Source: an uncultured delta proteobacterium
GTDB lineage: Bacteria > Desulfobacterota > Binatia > UBA9968
Assembly: GCA_963745035.1 (NCBI GenBank)
Contig: CAVUVW010000013.1
Location: forward strand, 192,001 to 256,000
Direction: 5' to 3'
DNA length: 64,000 nt
Position numbers and translations under genes: made by a program. Each line of letters opens with the position of its first letter. Positions within the stretch are counted from its first letter, which is position 1. This document shows, in pieces, positions 39,351-49,528 of the stretch. Below the pieces are notes generated by a model. It was not told the origin of the DNA, did no database searches, and saw only the letters and a program-made list of their open reading frames with translations.

Positions 39351-40037
39351 ATGCCGGTATTTCGTCTTGTCGATGATCTGGTTTTTCCGCCGCCCGATTA
39401 TGCCGACCCGAGCGGCTTGATCGCAGTCGGCGGCGATCTTTCGAGCGAGCGGCTGATCGAGGCTTACCGGGTCGGGATTTTCCCGTGGTACTCCGAAGAC
39501 CAACCGATCCTCTGGTGGTCGCCCGATCCCCGCTTCGTCCTCGACGTCGATCAATTCAGAGCCTCACGCAGCTTGCGCAAGACGCTGCGGCGGCAGATTT
39601 TTCACATCAGCTTCGACCGCGTTTTCGAAGACGTGATCGCAGCCTGCGCCACCGTGCCGCGGGAGGACCAGCGCGGCACCTGGATCACGCCGGAAATGCA
39701 GGAGGCGTACATCAAGCTGCACGGTTTGGGCTATGCCCACTCGGTGGAAGCCTGGTTCGAAGGAAAACTCGTCGGCGGCCTGTACGGCGTCTCGTTGGGG
39801 AAAGCCTTCTTTGGCGAATCGATGTTTCACCACAAGACCGACGCGTCCAAGGTGGCGCTCGCGGTACTGGTGGAGAAGTTGAAAAGCTGGGGATTTCATT
39901 TCATCGATTCGCAGATGACGACCGAGCACATGCAGCGTCTCGGCGCCAAGGAAATCCCGCGCCGCATTTTCGTCAAGAAACTGCAATCGGCGCTGCGCCA
40001 TGCGACCAAGCGCGGCAAGTGGCACGTCGAAGATTGA
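39351..40037 (+). CDS. aat: leucyl/phenylalanyl-tRNA--protein transferase
   Basis: GIFPW, WWSPDPR, TWI, AHSVE and FFGESMF motifs. Confidence 0.96.
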   Translation: MPVFRLVDDLVFPPPDYADPSGLIAVGGDLSSERLIEAYRVGIFPWYSEDQPILWWSPDPRFVLDVDQFRASRSLRKTLRRQIFHISFDRVFEDVIAACATVPREDQRGTWITPEMQEAYIKLHGLGYAHSVEAWFEGKLVGGLYGVSLGKAFFGESMFHHKTDASKVALAVLVEKLKSWGFHFIDSQMTTEHMQRLGAKEIPRRIFVKKLQSALRHATKRGKWHVED

Positions 40038-40249
40038 AAACATAGGCGTGCGTCAAACAAGACCAAACTCATCGCTAAGAATCTAGCCCGCAAAGCCGCA
40101 GATCGAAAGGAACCGGATCATTTCGACCAGGAAGAAATCTTTTTAGATCCCTAATTCGCGGGAGAGCCGCGAGCAAATCGTCGGCAATTTGCGTAAAGCG
40201 CAGAGGAACGGTTTTGATGAATGATCCGGCAGTGCGCGGCCGAAAAGTT

Positions 40250-40795
40250 TCAGGCGGCCATTTCGGGCGGTGATTGCTCCACGGCTCGAACCAAATCCTC
40301 CAGCGATTTCGCAGAGGGAAATTCGACGATCAACAATATCAGGCTGATCGTCGAGAGCGAATATTGATCCAGGACGTAGCGGCCGAGAAAAGCCAAGATA
40401 AAGCCGTACACTGCAATGGCTTCGATGATGGCAAAGACAACGACCTTGCGTGTGACGTAGGTCGAAACCACGTAAGCGACACATTCCTCTTGAGGTCCTT
40501 GAAATTCTTCCAGGGCCCGGAAGAGTTTGGTTGACTTCGCGTTTTGCAATATCGCTTGCGCCGACAGGCTGCGCGTTTTCCAATAGGCATAGTAGCCGAG
40601 ATCGACCAACGTAAGCAGCCAGAAAATGATTCGTGCCGGCTCGGCAATGGCCGGGTTGGTGCCGAGATTGGGATTGCCCAAGAGACTGCGCGCGATGACG
40701 ATATAGATCGGGATCGAAATGACGAAGAAACACCAGAGGATCACCGCCGCGCCGCGTTGATCCATCAAGATCTTTCGAAACTCCGGTCGAATCAT
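40250..40795 (-). CDS. hypothetical membrane protein
   Basis: RBS GAGGAGG; four hydrophobic segments. Confidence 0.7.
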   Translation of the reverse strand: MIRPEFRKILMDQRGAAVILWCFFVISIPIYIVIARSLLGNPNLGTNPAIAEPARIIFWLLTLVDLGYYAYWKTRSLSAQAILQNAKSTKLFRALEEFQGPQEECVAYVVSTYVTRKVVVFAIIEAIAVYGFILAFLGRYVLDQYSLSTISLILLIVEFPSAKSLEDLVRAVEQSPPEMAA

Positions 40796-40927
40796 CTCCC
40801 CTCCTCGTGGGCGATTACTATCACAGGCGAGACCGCGATGTCTTGCCAGCGCGAAATTCAACCCTGCCTTGTCGCGCCATCAGCGCGGTGATATAGCCGA
40901 CACAAGAAAGCCAGTGAGGAGAAAATT

Positions 40928-42520
40928 ATGGCGGAATTCGACATTGTCATTCACGGCGGAAGGCTGATCGACGGCACCGGCAACCCGTGGTTCTACGGCG
41001 ATGTGGCGATCAAAGACGGCAAGATCGCGAGCATCGGCAAGATCCGTCCGGAAGCGGGAAAGCGCGCCATCTCGGCGAAGAATCTTGTCGTCACGCCGGG
41101 CTATATCGACATGCACACCCACAGCGACCAGCCGGTGATCGCCGACGGCAACGCCGAGAGCAAAGTGCGCCAAGGAGTGACCCTCGATATCATCGGCGAA
41201 AGCCAGACGGTGGCGCCGCTCGAAGGACCGATTTTGGAAGAGTACCGGGCCGAGCATCGCAAGCGCAACGGTATCGAAACCGATTGGACGACGTTTACCG
41301 GCTACTTCAATACAGTGATGCGCGGCGGTACGTCGATCAACGTCGCGTCGGGTGTTTCACCGCAGCAGGTGAAGCGCGTGGTGTGCGGCTTCGAAGAACG
41401 CCCGGCGAACGCCGCCGAGCAGGAGAAAATGAATCGGCTAGTCGCACAAGCGATGGAGGAAGGCGCTCTCGGTCTTACGGCAGCTTGGCACGCCAAGGGA
41501 CCGGAGAATCCCGATGAAGTGGTCGAGATGGCGAAAGTCGTCAAACGCTACGGCGGCTACTACGGCGTGCACGTCGGCAGCGAGGGCTTCGACATCATGG
41601 AAGAGCTCGCCAAGATGCTGCGGGTGGCGCGTGAAGCGCAGATCCCCGTCCACGTCTATCATTTGAAGATGCGCGCCAAAGCAAACTGGGGGCGGATTCG
41701 CCAGGTGATCGAGCAGCTCGAAGAGGCGCGCCGTGAAGGCTTGGATATCACCGCCAACCAGTATCCGTACACCGCCATGCAGCATCCCTGGCGCCGCCTG
41801 TTCCCGCGCTGGGTGCAGGACGCCCCGGTGAATGAGACGATCGCGCAATTCATGAGCCCGGAGTTCCGCGAGCGCGTGATTCACGACAAGGAGTTCAATC
41901 AGTACGTCGACGAGCACGGCGGCTTCGAAGGCATCGTCGCAGCGCGCGTCGACGCCGAGCCGCTCAAGAAATTCGAAGGCATGACCATCGCCGAGATCGC
42001 CAAAATCCGCGAGCAGGACCCGGTGAGCACGGTCTTCGATCTGATCTACGAGGAAGGCAGCTTCATTCACGGCGTGCACCACACGATGAACGAAGACGAC
42101 GTGAAAGCGGTCATGCGCGTGCCGTGGATATCGATCGGCTCGGACGGCAGCGCGCTCAATCTCAAATATCCCGGCAAGCCGCACCCGCGCAGCTTCGGCA
42201 CCAATCCGCGCGTGCTCGGCAAATACACGCGCGAGGAAAAAGTCCTGCGCCTGGAAGACGCGGTGCGCAAGATGACTTCCATGCCGGCGCAGGTGCTCGG
42301 CCTCAAGGATCGCGGCTTGCTGCGCGAAGGCTACTGGGGCGACGTCGTCGTGCTCGATCCTGATCAAGTCGCCGACATGGCGACCTACGAGAATCCGAAG
42401 CAGTATCCGAAGGGCATCGATTACGTGCTGGTCAACGGCGCCATCGTGGTCGATAACGGCCATCACACTGGGGCAAGGTCGGGGAAGATTGTGTATGGAC
42501 CGGGAAAACGCGCCGCCTAG
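40928..42520 (+). CDS. N-acyl-D-amino-acid deacylase
   Basis: DGTGNP, PGYIDMHTHSD, IGSDG, PHPRSFG and AVRKMTS motifs. Confidence 0.92.
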   Translation: MAEFDIVIHGGRLIDGTGNPWFYGDVAIKDGKIASIGKIRPEAGKRAISAKNLVVTPGYIDMHTHSDQPVIADGNAESKVRQGVTLDIIGESQTVAPLEGPILEEYRAEHRKRNGIETDWTTFTGYFNTVMRGGTSINVASGVSPQQVKRVVCGFEERPANAAEQEKMNRLVAQAMEEGALGLTAAWHAKGPENPDEVVEMAKVVKRYGGYYGVHVGSEGFDIMEELAKMLRVAREAQIPVHVYHLKMRAKANWGRIRQVIEQLEEARREGLDITANQYPYTAMQHPWRRLFPRWVQDAPVNETIAQFMSPEFRERVIHDKEFNQYVDEHGGFEGIVAARVDAEPLKKFEGMTIAEIAKIREQDPVSTVFDLIYEEGSFIHGVHHTMNEDDVKAVMRVPWISIGSDGSALNLKYPGKPHPRSFGTNPRVLGKYTREEKVLRLEDAVRKMTSMPAQVLGLKDRGLLREGYWGDVVVLDPDQVADMATYENPKQYPKGIDYVLVNGAIVVDNGHHTGARSGKIVYGPGKRAA

Positions 42521-42678
42521 CGCGCGCCCGAGTCTAATTGCAAGTTGCAGATCGCAAAAAGCCAAGGGCCGCGACGAACCTGAGCTGTCCGTAGCCACTT
42601 GCATCCAAAGTCGTATTGATCTGGGGGGCTTGTTTCGGATAGCGTTCCGCCAAATTTACCCGGTAAGGAGGCAACCGT

Positions 42679-43596
42679 ATGGAAAGAAAAAAGGCGAGTG
42701 ATTTCGATCCGCAGCTACTCGGGCTTTTTCACAGATATATCCACGGCGGAATTAGCCGCCGCGAGTTCCTCGATGGCGCGGCCAAATTTGCGGTTGGCGG
42801 CATGACCGCGACGGCCCTCTGGGACATGCTCCGGCCCAACTATGCCCTCGCCCAGCAAGTGCCAAAGGACGACAAGCGCATCAGAGCCGAGTACGCGATG
42901 TATCCCTCGCCCAAGGGAAACTCGACCGACGGACAGATGCGAGGATTGTTGGCGCGTCCAACGAGCGGCGATAAGTTTCCGGTGGTGGTCGTGATTCACG
43001 AAAACCGCGGCCTCAATCCTTACATCGAAGATGTCGTACGGCGCTTGGCGGTTGTCGGCTTCATGGCTTTCGGACCGGACGCGATCTGGCCGCTCGGCGG
43101 ATATCCGAGCGTCGATAAGTACGGCGCCGAGGCCGATGAGAAAGCGCTCGCCATGCAGAAGCAACTCGACGACGGGAAATTGGTCGAAGACTTCGTCGCC
43201 GCAGGCGAGTTTATGCTCAAGCATCCACAGTCCACCGGCAAGCTCGGTGCCGTGGGCTTCTGCGGCGGCGGTGCTAGGGTCAACATACTGGCGGCTCGGA
43301 TTCCACAGCTTGCTGCCGGGGCTCCCTTCTATGGACGCGCGCCAGCGATTGAGGACGTACCGAAGATCAAGGCTTCTCTGATGCTTCACTTTGCCGAGCA
43401 AGATCCCAATGTCAATGCTACTTGGCCAGCCTACGAAGCAGCCCTCAAGGCGAACGGCATCAAACACGAGGCGCATGTCTATCCGAAAACCAACCACGGT
43501 TTTCACAATGACACGACGCCGCGTTACGACGAAGCTGCCGCCAAACTCGCCTGGCAGCGCACCGTCGATCATTTCAACAAGACGCTGAAGTCCTAA
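42679..43596 (+). CDS. dienelactone hydrolase family protein (YghX-like)
   Basis: SRREFL, IHENRGLNP, VGFCGGG and HGFHNDTTPRYD motifs. Confidence 0.92.
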   Translation: MERKKASDFDPQLLGLFHRYIHGGISRREFLDGAAKFAVGGMTATALWDMLRPNYALAQQVPKDDKRIRAEYAMYPSPKGNSTDGQMRGLLARPTSGDKFPVVVVIHENRGLNPYIEDVVRRLAVVGFMAFGPDAIWPLGGYPSVDKYGAEADEKALAMQKQLDDGKLVEDFVAAGEFMLKHPQSTGKLGAVGFCGGGARVNILAARIPQLAAGAPFYGRAPAIEDVPKIKASLMLHFAEQDPNVNATWPAYEAALKANGIKHEAHVYPKTNHGFHNDTTPRYDEAAAKLAWQRTVDHFNKTLKS

Positions 43597-43617
43597 GATC
43601 TGCTACGCAATCGAATC

Positions 43618-43657
43618 AAAGGACTCGATGGCCTTGTTGCCATCGGGTCCTTTTTTT
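43618..43657 (+). terminator. intrinsic terminator, possibly bidirectional
   Basis: AAAGGACTCGATGGC-CTTGTT-GCCATCGGGTCC-T7. Confidence 0.85.
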
Positions 43658-43779
43658 ACATCGTAAGAATTCCGCTTGCGCCGGAACATTTCTTTGTAGG
43701 TTCGTGGCGTGTTACTCATTCCGAGCGGCGGGGCTCGGGGCCGGCGGAATTCACCAAGTCCCAGCGAACACTGCCAGGC

Positions 43780-43824
43780 TGTCAATCCGGTTATATTGAC
43801 ACTGATATTCCGATTCGGTAGCGT
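43780..43824 (+). promoter_or_regulatory. sigma70-like promoter with overlapping inverted repeat
   Basis: TTGACA(43796)-N17-TAGCGT; TGTCAAT-N8-ATTGACA palindrome. Confidence 0.55.
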
Positions 43825-43876
43825 CACGTCACAATAAATCCTGGCCGCCGCCTGCGGCGGCGGATTTGGGGGAGCC

Positions 43877-44731
43877 TTGGAAGATCTCAAGCCGGTCAAG
43901 AGCGGAAAAGTCAAAGTCGACGACGTGAATTTGTACTACGAGGTTTACGGCGCGGGCGATCCGCTCGTGCTGGTCGCCGGCACGGGCATCAGCCTCGCTC
44001 CCTGGCGCGTCTCGCAGGTGCCGGAGTTCGCCAAGCATTATCAGGTCGTGATCTACGATCATCGCGGCCTTGGGCGGAGCGATAAGCCGGATATGCACTA
44101 CACGACCCGGCTGTTCGCCAAGGACTGCGTCGGTTTGATGGCTGCGCTCGGCATCCAAAAGGCCCACATGATGGGCCATTCGATGGGGGCGCGCGTGTGC
44201 CAGTGGATCGCCCTCGATTATCCCGAAAAGGTGCGCAGCCTGGTGCTGTCGGGCCCCGGCTCGGGGAAGTATAGCGACAAGCTCGAAGACTATCCGCGCG
44301 GCGTGCCCCTGGACGCGGCGTTGGAAATGATCGAGAAGGGCTACGAAAAATATCAGAGCGACCACTGGGGGCCGGGCTTCATGTTCAGCGACCAGTTCAT
44401 GAAAGAGCACCCCGATATCGTCAAAAAATATCAGGAGCTGATCGTCGACGAAGTGCCGCCGTTAAAATGCTATCTGCGCCACGTGGTCGCGCGGCAATGC
44501 CATGAGACCACCCATCTGATCCACAATATCAAAGCGCCGACGCTGGTGATCGTCGGCAGCCAGGACATCCATGAGGGCGGCACGGGCAGCCACGTGGAAT
44601 CCGCCAGGGTGCTCGCGGAAAAAATCCCCGGAGCGGAGCTGTTCCTGGTCGAGGGCGGCAGGCACGGCTATCTGCGCGAGATGCCGGAAAAGGGCCATCC
44701 GCCGATCTTGGAATTCTTGCGGCGCCACTAG
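43877..44731 (+). CDS. alpha/beta hydrolase
   Basis: YDHRGLGRS, GHSMG nucleophile elbow, GGRHG. Confidence 0.9.
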   Translation: MEDLKPVKSGKVKVDDVNLYYEVYGAGDPLVLVAGTGISLAPWRVSQVPEFAKHYQVVIYDHRGLGRSDKPDMHYTTRLFAKDCVGLMAALGIQKAHMMGHSMGARVCQWIALDYPEKVRSLVLSGPGSGKYSDKLEDYPRGVPLDAALEMIEKGYEKYQSDHWGPGFMFSDQFMKEHPDIVKKYQELIVDEVPPLKCYLRHVVARQCHETTHLIHNIKAPTLVIVGSQDIHEGGTGSHVESARVLAEKIPGAELFLVEGGRHGYLREMPEKGHPPILEFLRRH

Positions 44732-44748
44732 TCAAGGGGAAAAAAAGC

Positions 44749-46280
44749 GTGTTCCGCAAACATGATTTTTCTATCACGCGGAGAAGCTTTCTGCGGTGGC
44801 ATTGTTAGCCGCCGGCGCCTGCGCGGCTGGCAGTCGATTCGCCTGGGCGGCCGCGGCGCCGGAGCGTTTAGTTGTCGCCATGAGCGTCGGCGTCGACAGC
44901 ATCAATCCCTACGGCCACAGCGACTCGCCGCTCTACGGCCTCTGGGGCCACGTGATGGAGACCTTGGTCGATACCGATTACGAGCGCAGGAATTTCTCCT
45001 CGGAGCTCGCGGAGTCGTGGAGTCCCAAGGGCAATCAGTGGACGTTCAAATTGCGCAAGAACGTCTCCTTTCATGACGGCACGCCGTTCACCGGAAAAGA
45101 CGTCGCCTATTCCTACGAGCGGATCATGAAGGACAAGGGCAGCGTTTTACAGGCGCCCAATCTAAGCGACATCAAGGACATCAAGGTGCCCGACGATCAG
45201 ACGCTCGTGATCGTCACGGACCGGCCGAAGGTCGCGCTCCTCGGACTGCTTTACAACCGGGTTGTCTTGAGCCACAAGGCGGCCGAGCGCCTCGGTGAAA
45301 AGATGGACGAGCAAGCCATCGGCACCGGGCCCTATCGCTTCGTGAGCTGGCAGCGCGGCGTTAATTTCACCATGCGCCGCAACGACAAATATTGGGGCAA
45401 AGCTCCAAGCATTCGCGAAATTGTTTGGCGCCCGATCAAGGAAGACGCGGCGCGTGTCGCGGCGATCGAATCGGGACAAGCCGACGTGATCAATCAGGTG
45501 CCGATTCACGACGTCGATCGCCTCAAGCGCAACTCGCGCGTTCGAGTCGAGATGGTGCGCGGATTGAGAAACCTTTATATCGGGCTCAACCCGGCGCATA
45601 AGCCCTTCGACAACAAACTGGTCCGCCAAGCCTTTAACTACGCCGTCGATCAGGAAGCGATCATCAAGCACGTGCATGAGGACCAGGTCTATGGGCTCAA
45701 AGGGCTGCTCGGGCCGCAGTGCTTGGGCTACGACGCGGATCTGGCGAATTATCCCTACGATCCGGAGAAAGCCAAGCAATTGTTGGCGGAGGCCGGCTAT
45801 GCCGAAGGCGTGAGCGTCGATTTCTACACGCACTCGGGGCGCTATCAAAAAGATAGAGAAACCGCCCAGGCGATCACGAACCAGATGGCCAAGGCCGGCA
45901 TCAAGTGCAACATCAAGACACCGGAATACGCCATCTATGAAACCGATTTCAACGCCGGCAAGTACGGCATGTACATGTTCGGGCGCGGCTCGATCACCGA
46001 TCCGGAAGCGTTTTACATCCGTTATTTTCGCTCGGGCCGCGGGAAGCGATTGGCCTATCGCAATCCCGATTTCGACCGGCTCTTCGATCAGCAGAGCGAG
46101 ACCTTCGACAGCGCCAAGCGCGAAGAGCTGCTGCGCCAAATGGGCCGCATCCTGCACGAGGATTGTCCGGTCATTCCACTCTACAACACCGCCGACATTT
46201 ACGCCGTGCGCAAGGATCTTGTCTGGAAGCCGCGGCCGGACGAAAAGATTCCCCTGGTGAACGCCCGGTTCCAAAGCTAA
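44749..46280 (+). CDS. peptide/nickel ABC substrate-binding protein, family 5 (Tat signal; frameshift in leader)
   Basis: GTG 44749 reads ...ITRRSFLR; frame 44796 has LAESW, FHDGTPFT and GTGPYRF. Confidence 0.87.
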
Positions 46281-46294
46281 GCGACGGGAAAAAC

Positions 46295-47582
46295 GTGGAC
46301 AAAAAAGAAATCATCGAAAAGCAGCAGAAATATCTCTTCTCGTGCGTGGCGACCTACTACGACGAGCCGCTGGTCGTCGATCACGCCAAGGATCAATACG
46401 TCTACGACGCCGACGGCAACGAGTATCTGGACTTCTTCGGCGGCATTCTCACGGTCAGCGTCGGCCACTGCAACGACAAAGTCACTCGAGCGATCGACGA
46501 GCAAACCCACAAAGTGCAGCACATGTCGACGCTCTACGCCAACGAGCCGCAGGTGCGGCTGGCGGAGAAGCTTGCGCAAATCACGCCGGGACGGCTGGAG
46601 AAATCCTTCTTCACCAACAGCGGCACCGAGGCCAACGAAACCGCGGTGTTGCTGGCGCAGATCTACACCAAGTGCCAGGACATTATCACCTTGCGCCACA
46701 GCTACAGCGGGCGCTCGTATCTCGCGCTGAGTCTGTCGGCGCAGTCGAGCTGGCGTCTGATGCCCAACGTGGTGCCGGGCGTGCACCATATCGCCAACGC
46801 GTACTGCTACCGCTGTCCGTTCGGTCTCACCTATCCGAGCTGCGACTTGAAATGCGCCAAGGACGCCGAAGAGGCGATTCAAACGATGACTTCGCAGGGG
46901 CGGGTGGCGGCGTTTCTCGCCGAGCCGATTCAAGGCGTCGGCGGCTTCATCGTGCCGCCCAAAGAATATTTTCAGGAGATCGTCGGCATCATTCGCAAAT
47001 ACGGCGGCTTGTTCATCGCCGACGAGGTGCAGACCGGCTGGGGACGCACCGGCGGCAAGATGTTCGGCATCGAGCACTGGGGCGTCGATCCCGACATCAT
47101 GACCTTCGCCAAGGGCATGGCCAACGGCGTGCCCATCGGCGCAACCATCGCCGTTCCGGAGGTCGCCGACAGCATGAAGGGCAACACAATCTCCACCTTC
47201 GGCGGCAATCCGGTTACCTGCACCGCGGCGCGCGCGACTATCGAAGTGGTCGAAGAGGAAAATTTGGTCGACAACGCCCGCATCATGGGCAACCGGCTTG
47301 CGCGACGGCCTCAACGCGCTGCAGCAGAAGTATCCGGTCATCGGCGACGTGCGCGGCATGGGGCTCATGCAGGGCATGGAGCTGGTCGGCGAAAAGAAAA
47401 AGCCCGACGTCGAGAGCACCAAGCGCGTGATGGAACTGACCAGGCGCGATGGCCTGCTGCTCGGCAAGGGCGGCACCTACGGCAACGTCCTGCGTGTCGC
47501 GCCGCCGCTCAACGTCAACAAAGATCAGATCGATCACGCGCTGAAAGTTTTGGACCGATCGTTCGGCCAATTGGGGCAGTGA
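46295..47582 (+). CDS. class III PLP aminotransferase (frameshift near 47300)
   Basis: NSGTEANE, AEPIQG, DEVQTGWGRTG, FAKG and DVRGMGLM motifs. Confidence 0.92.
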
Positions 47583-47650
47583 AATTTCTTCCAGGCGCGG
47601 TTGCAAAGCCCAATGACAGTGTTTTCTCTACTTGGTAATTTCCAGTTCGC

Positions 47651-48652
47651 ATGAACAGGCTCGTGCGCAGGATCGTTGGGGCGGTCCCGGTACTCCTGGG
47701 GATCTCCTTTTTAATTTTTCTCCTGATGCACATCGCGCCGGGAGATCCGGTGTCGCTGCTCTTGGGCGATGACGCGACTCCGGCCGATATCGAGCGCACG
47801 CGGCGCGAGTGGGGATTGGACCGGCCGCTCATGGTGCAGTACTGGGATTTTCTCACCCGTGCGCTCACCGGGGACTTCGGCCGGTCGCTCAAATTCAACG
47901 AGCCGGTCATAAAGCTGATCGCCGAGCGCTTGCCCGCGACCCTCGAGCTCGCCTTTGCCAGTTTGTGCGTTGCGATTCTGATTTCGGTGCCGCTGGGCGT
48001 CTATTCCGCGATCAAGCACAATTCGCTGCTCGATCACGCCGGCATGAGCGTGGCGCTGATCGGCGTGTCGCTGCCGAATTTCTGGCTCGGCATCATGTTG
48101 ATTTACTTTCTCGGCGGGCAGCTCAATTTGCTTGCCGGTCGCCGGGCGCATCGAGTACGGCGTCGAAATCAAGCCGATCACCGGGCTTTATCTGATCGAC
48201 AGCCTGGTGACCGGGAAATTTGACCGCTTTCTGGAGCGCGCATGCAGCATCTGCTGATGCCGGCGGTCACTCTTGGGTCAGCGCTGGCGGCGATCGTGAC
48301 CCGCATCTCGCGGTCGAGCGTGCTGGAAGTGATGCGCCAGGATTATGTGATCACGGCGCGCGCCAAGGGCTTGAGCGAAAAGAACGTGATCTGGCGCCAC
48401 ATTCTGCGCAATGCCCTGATCACCATCGTCACCATACTCGGCCTGCAACTCGGCGCGCTACTCAGCGGCTCGGTGATCACCGAAACGGTTTTCTCCTATC
48501 CCGGCATCGGCGATCTGTTGATCCAGTCGATTTCGGCGCGCGATTACAAGCTCACCCAAGTGCTGATCTTGATGTTCGCGATCACGTATTTCGTCGTGAA
48601 CCTGGCGGTCGACGTGCTCTATAGCTGGATCGACCCGAGGATCAAATTCTGA
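47651..48652 (+). CDS. peptide ABC permease, DppB-like (frameshifts 48130-48245)
   Basis: APGDP, GDFGRS, DYVITARAKGL and ITETVFSYPGIG motifs. Confidence 0.9.
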
Positions 48653-49491
48653 TGCTCTCGATGCGCTACCTCAAAATCTGGGTCGGCGGCGCGATTCTGC
48701 TGGCGCTTTTTATCTGCGGAGTGGCCGCGCCGCTGCTGGCGCCGCGCGATCCCCAGGCGCAGACTTTGGAGGACCGGCTGCGGCCGCCGCGCTGGGCGGA
48801 AAACGGTTCGCCGGCATACTTTCTCGGCACCGACAATCTCGGTCGCGACATGCTCAGCAGGATCATCTACGGCTCGCGCATCTCGCTCATGGTCGGCGCC
48901 GCCACGGTTATCTTCGCAGGGCTGGTCGGCTGCACCCTCGGCGCCGTGGCCGGCTATTTTGGCCGCACGCCCGATGAGATCGTCAGCAAGGTCTCGGAGA
49001 TCTTTCTCGCGTTTCCGTTTTTGTTGATCGCGATCGCGATCATGGCATTTCTCGGGCAAGGGGTCGGCAATTTGATCATGGCCCTGATGCTCAGCCGCTG
49101 GGTGCAATACTGCCGGGTGGTGCGCGGCGAAGTGTTGTCGATCAAGGAACGCGATTTCGTGACCGCCGCCAAGGCGTTGGGCGGTCAGGATTGGTATGTG
49201 CTTTTCCGCCATGTGGTGCCCAACACCTTCGCCAGCGTCACGGTCATCGCGACTTTCGGCATGGCGATCGTGATCATCACGGAAGCGAGCTTGAGCTTTC
49301 TCGGATTGGGCGTGCCGGTGCACATTCCCACTTGGGGCTCGATGTTGAGCGAAGGCAGGAGCTATATCAACCGCGCGCCCTGGCTCACGATCTTTCCCGG
49401 CCTGGCGATTTTCGTCACGGTGTTCGGCATCAACTTGCTGGGGGACGGCTTGAGAGACATCTTCGATCCAAAACTGCGGCGTCAGAGATGA
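48652..49491 (+). CDS. peptide ABC permease, DppC-like
   Basis: LGTDNLGRD, EASLSFLGLG and NLLGDGLRD motifs. Confidence 0.93.
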   Translation: MLSMRYLKIWVGGAILLALFICGVAAPLLAPRDPQAQTLEDRLRPPRWAENGSPAYFLGTDNLGRDMLSRIIYGSRISLMVGAATVIFAGLVGCTLGAVAGYFGRTPDEIVSKVSEIFLAFPFLLIAIAIMAFLGQGVGNLIMALMLSRWVQYCRVVRGEVLSIKERDFVTAAKALGGQDWYVLFRHVVPNTFASVTVIATFGMAIVIITEASLSFLGLGVPVHIPTWGSMLSEGRSYINRAPWLTIFPGLAIFVTVFGINLLGDGLRDIFDPKLRRQR

Positions 49492-49528
49492 AGACGGAGA
49501 AACAGCAAACTTTTAACGGGAGAACTTT

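Noticed and set aside
40040-40245. Spacer after aat as a gene remnant or ncRNA
   Set aside because: No convincing ORF, motif or stable structure that I can support
43700-43790. Known riboswitch upstream of the hydrolase/ABC operon
   Set aside because: No match to TPP, SAM, cobalamin, FMN or glycine cores, and it lies upstream of the predicted promoter
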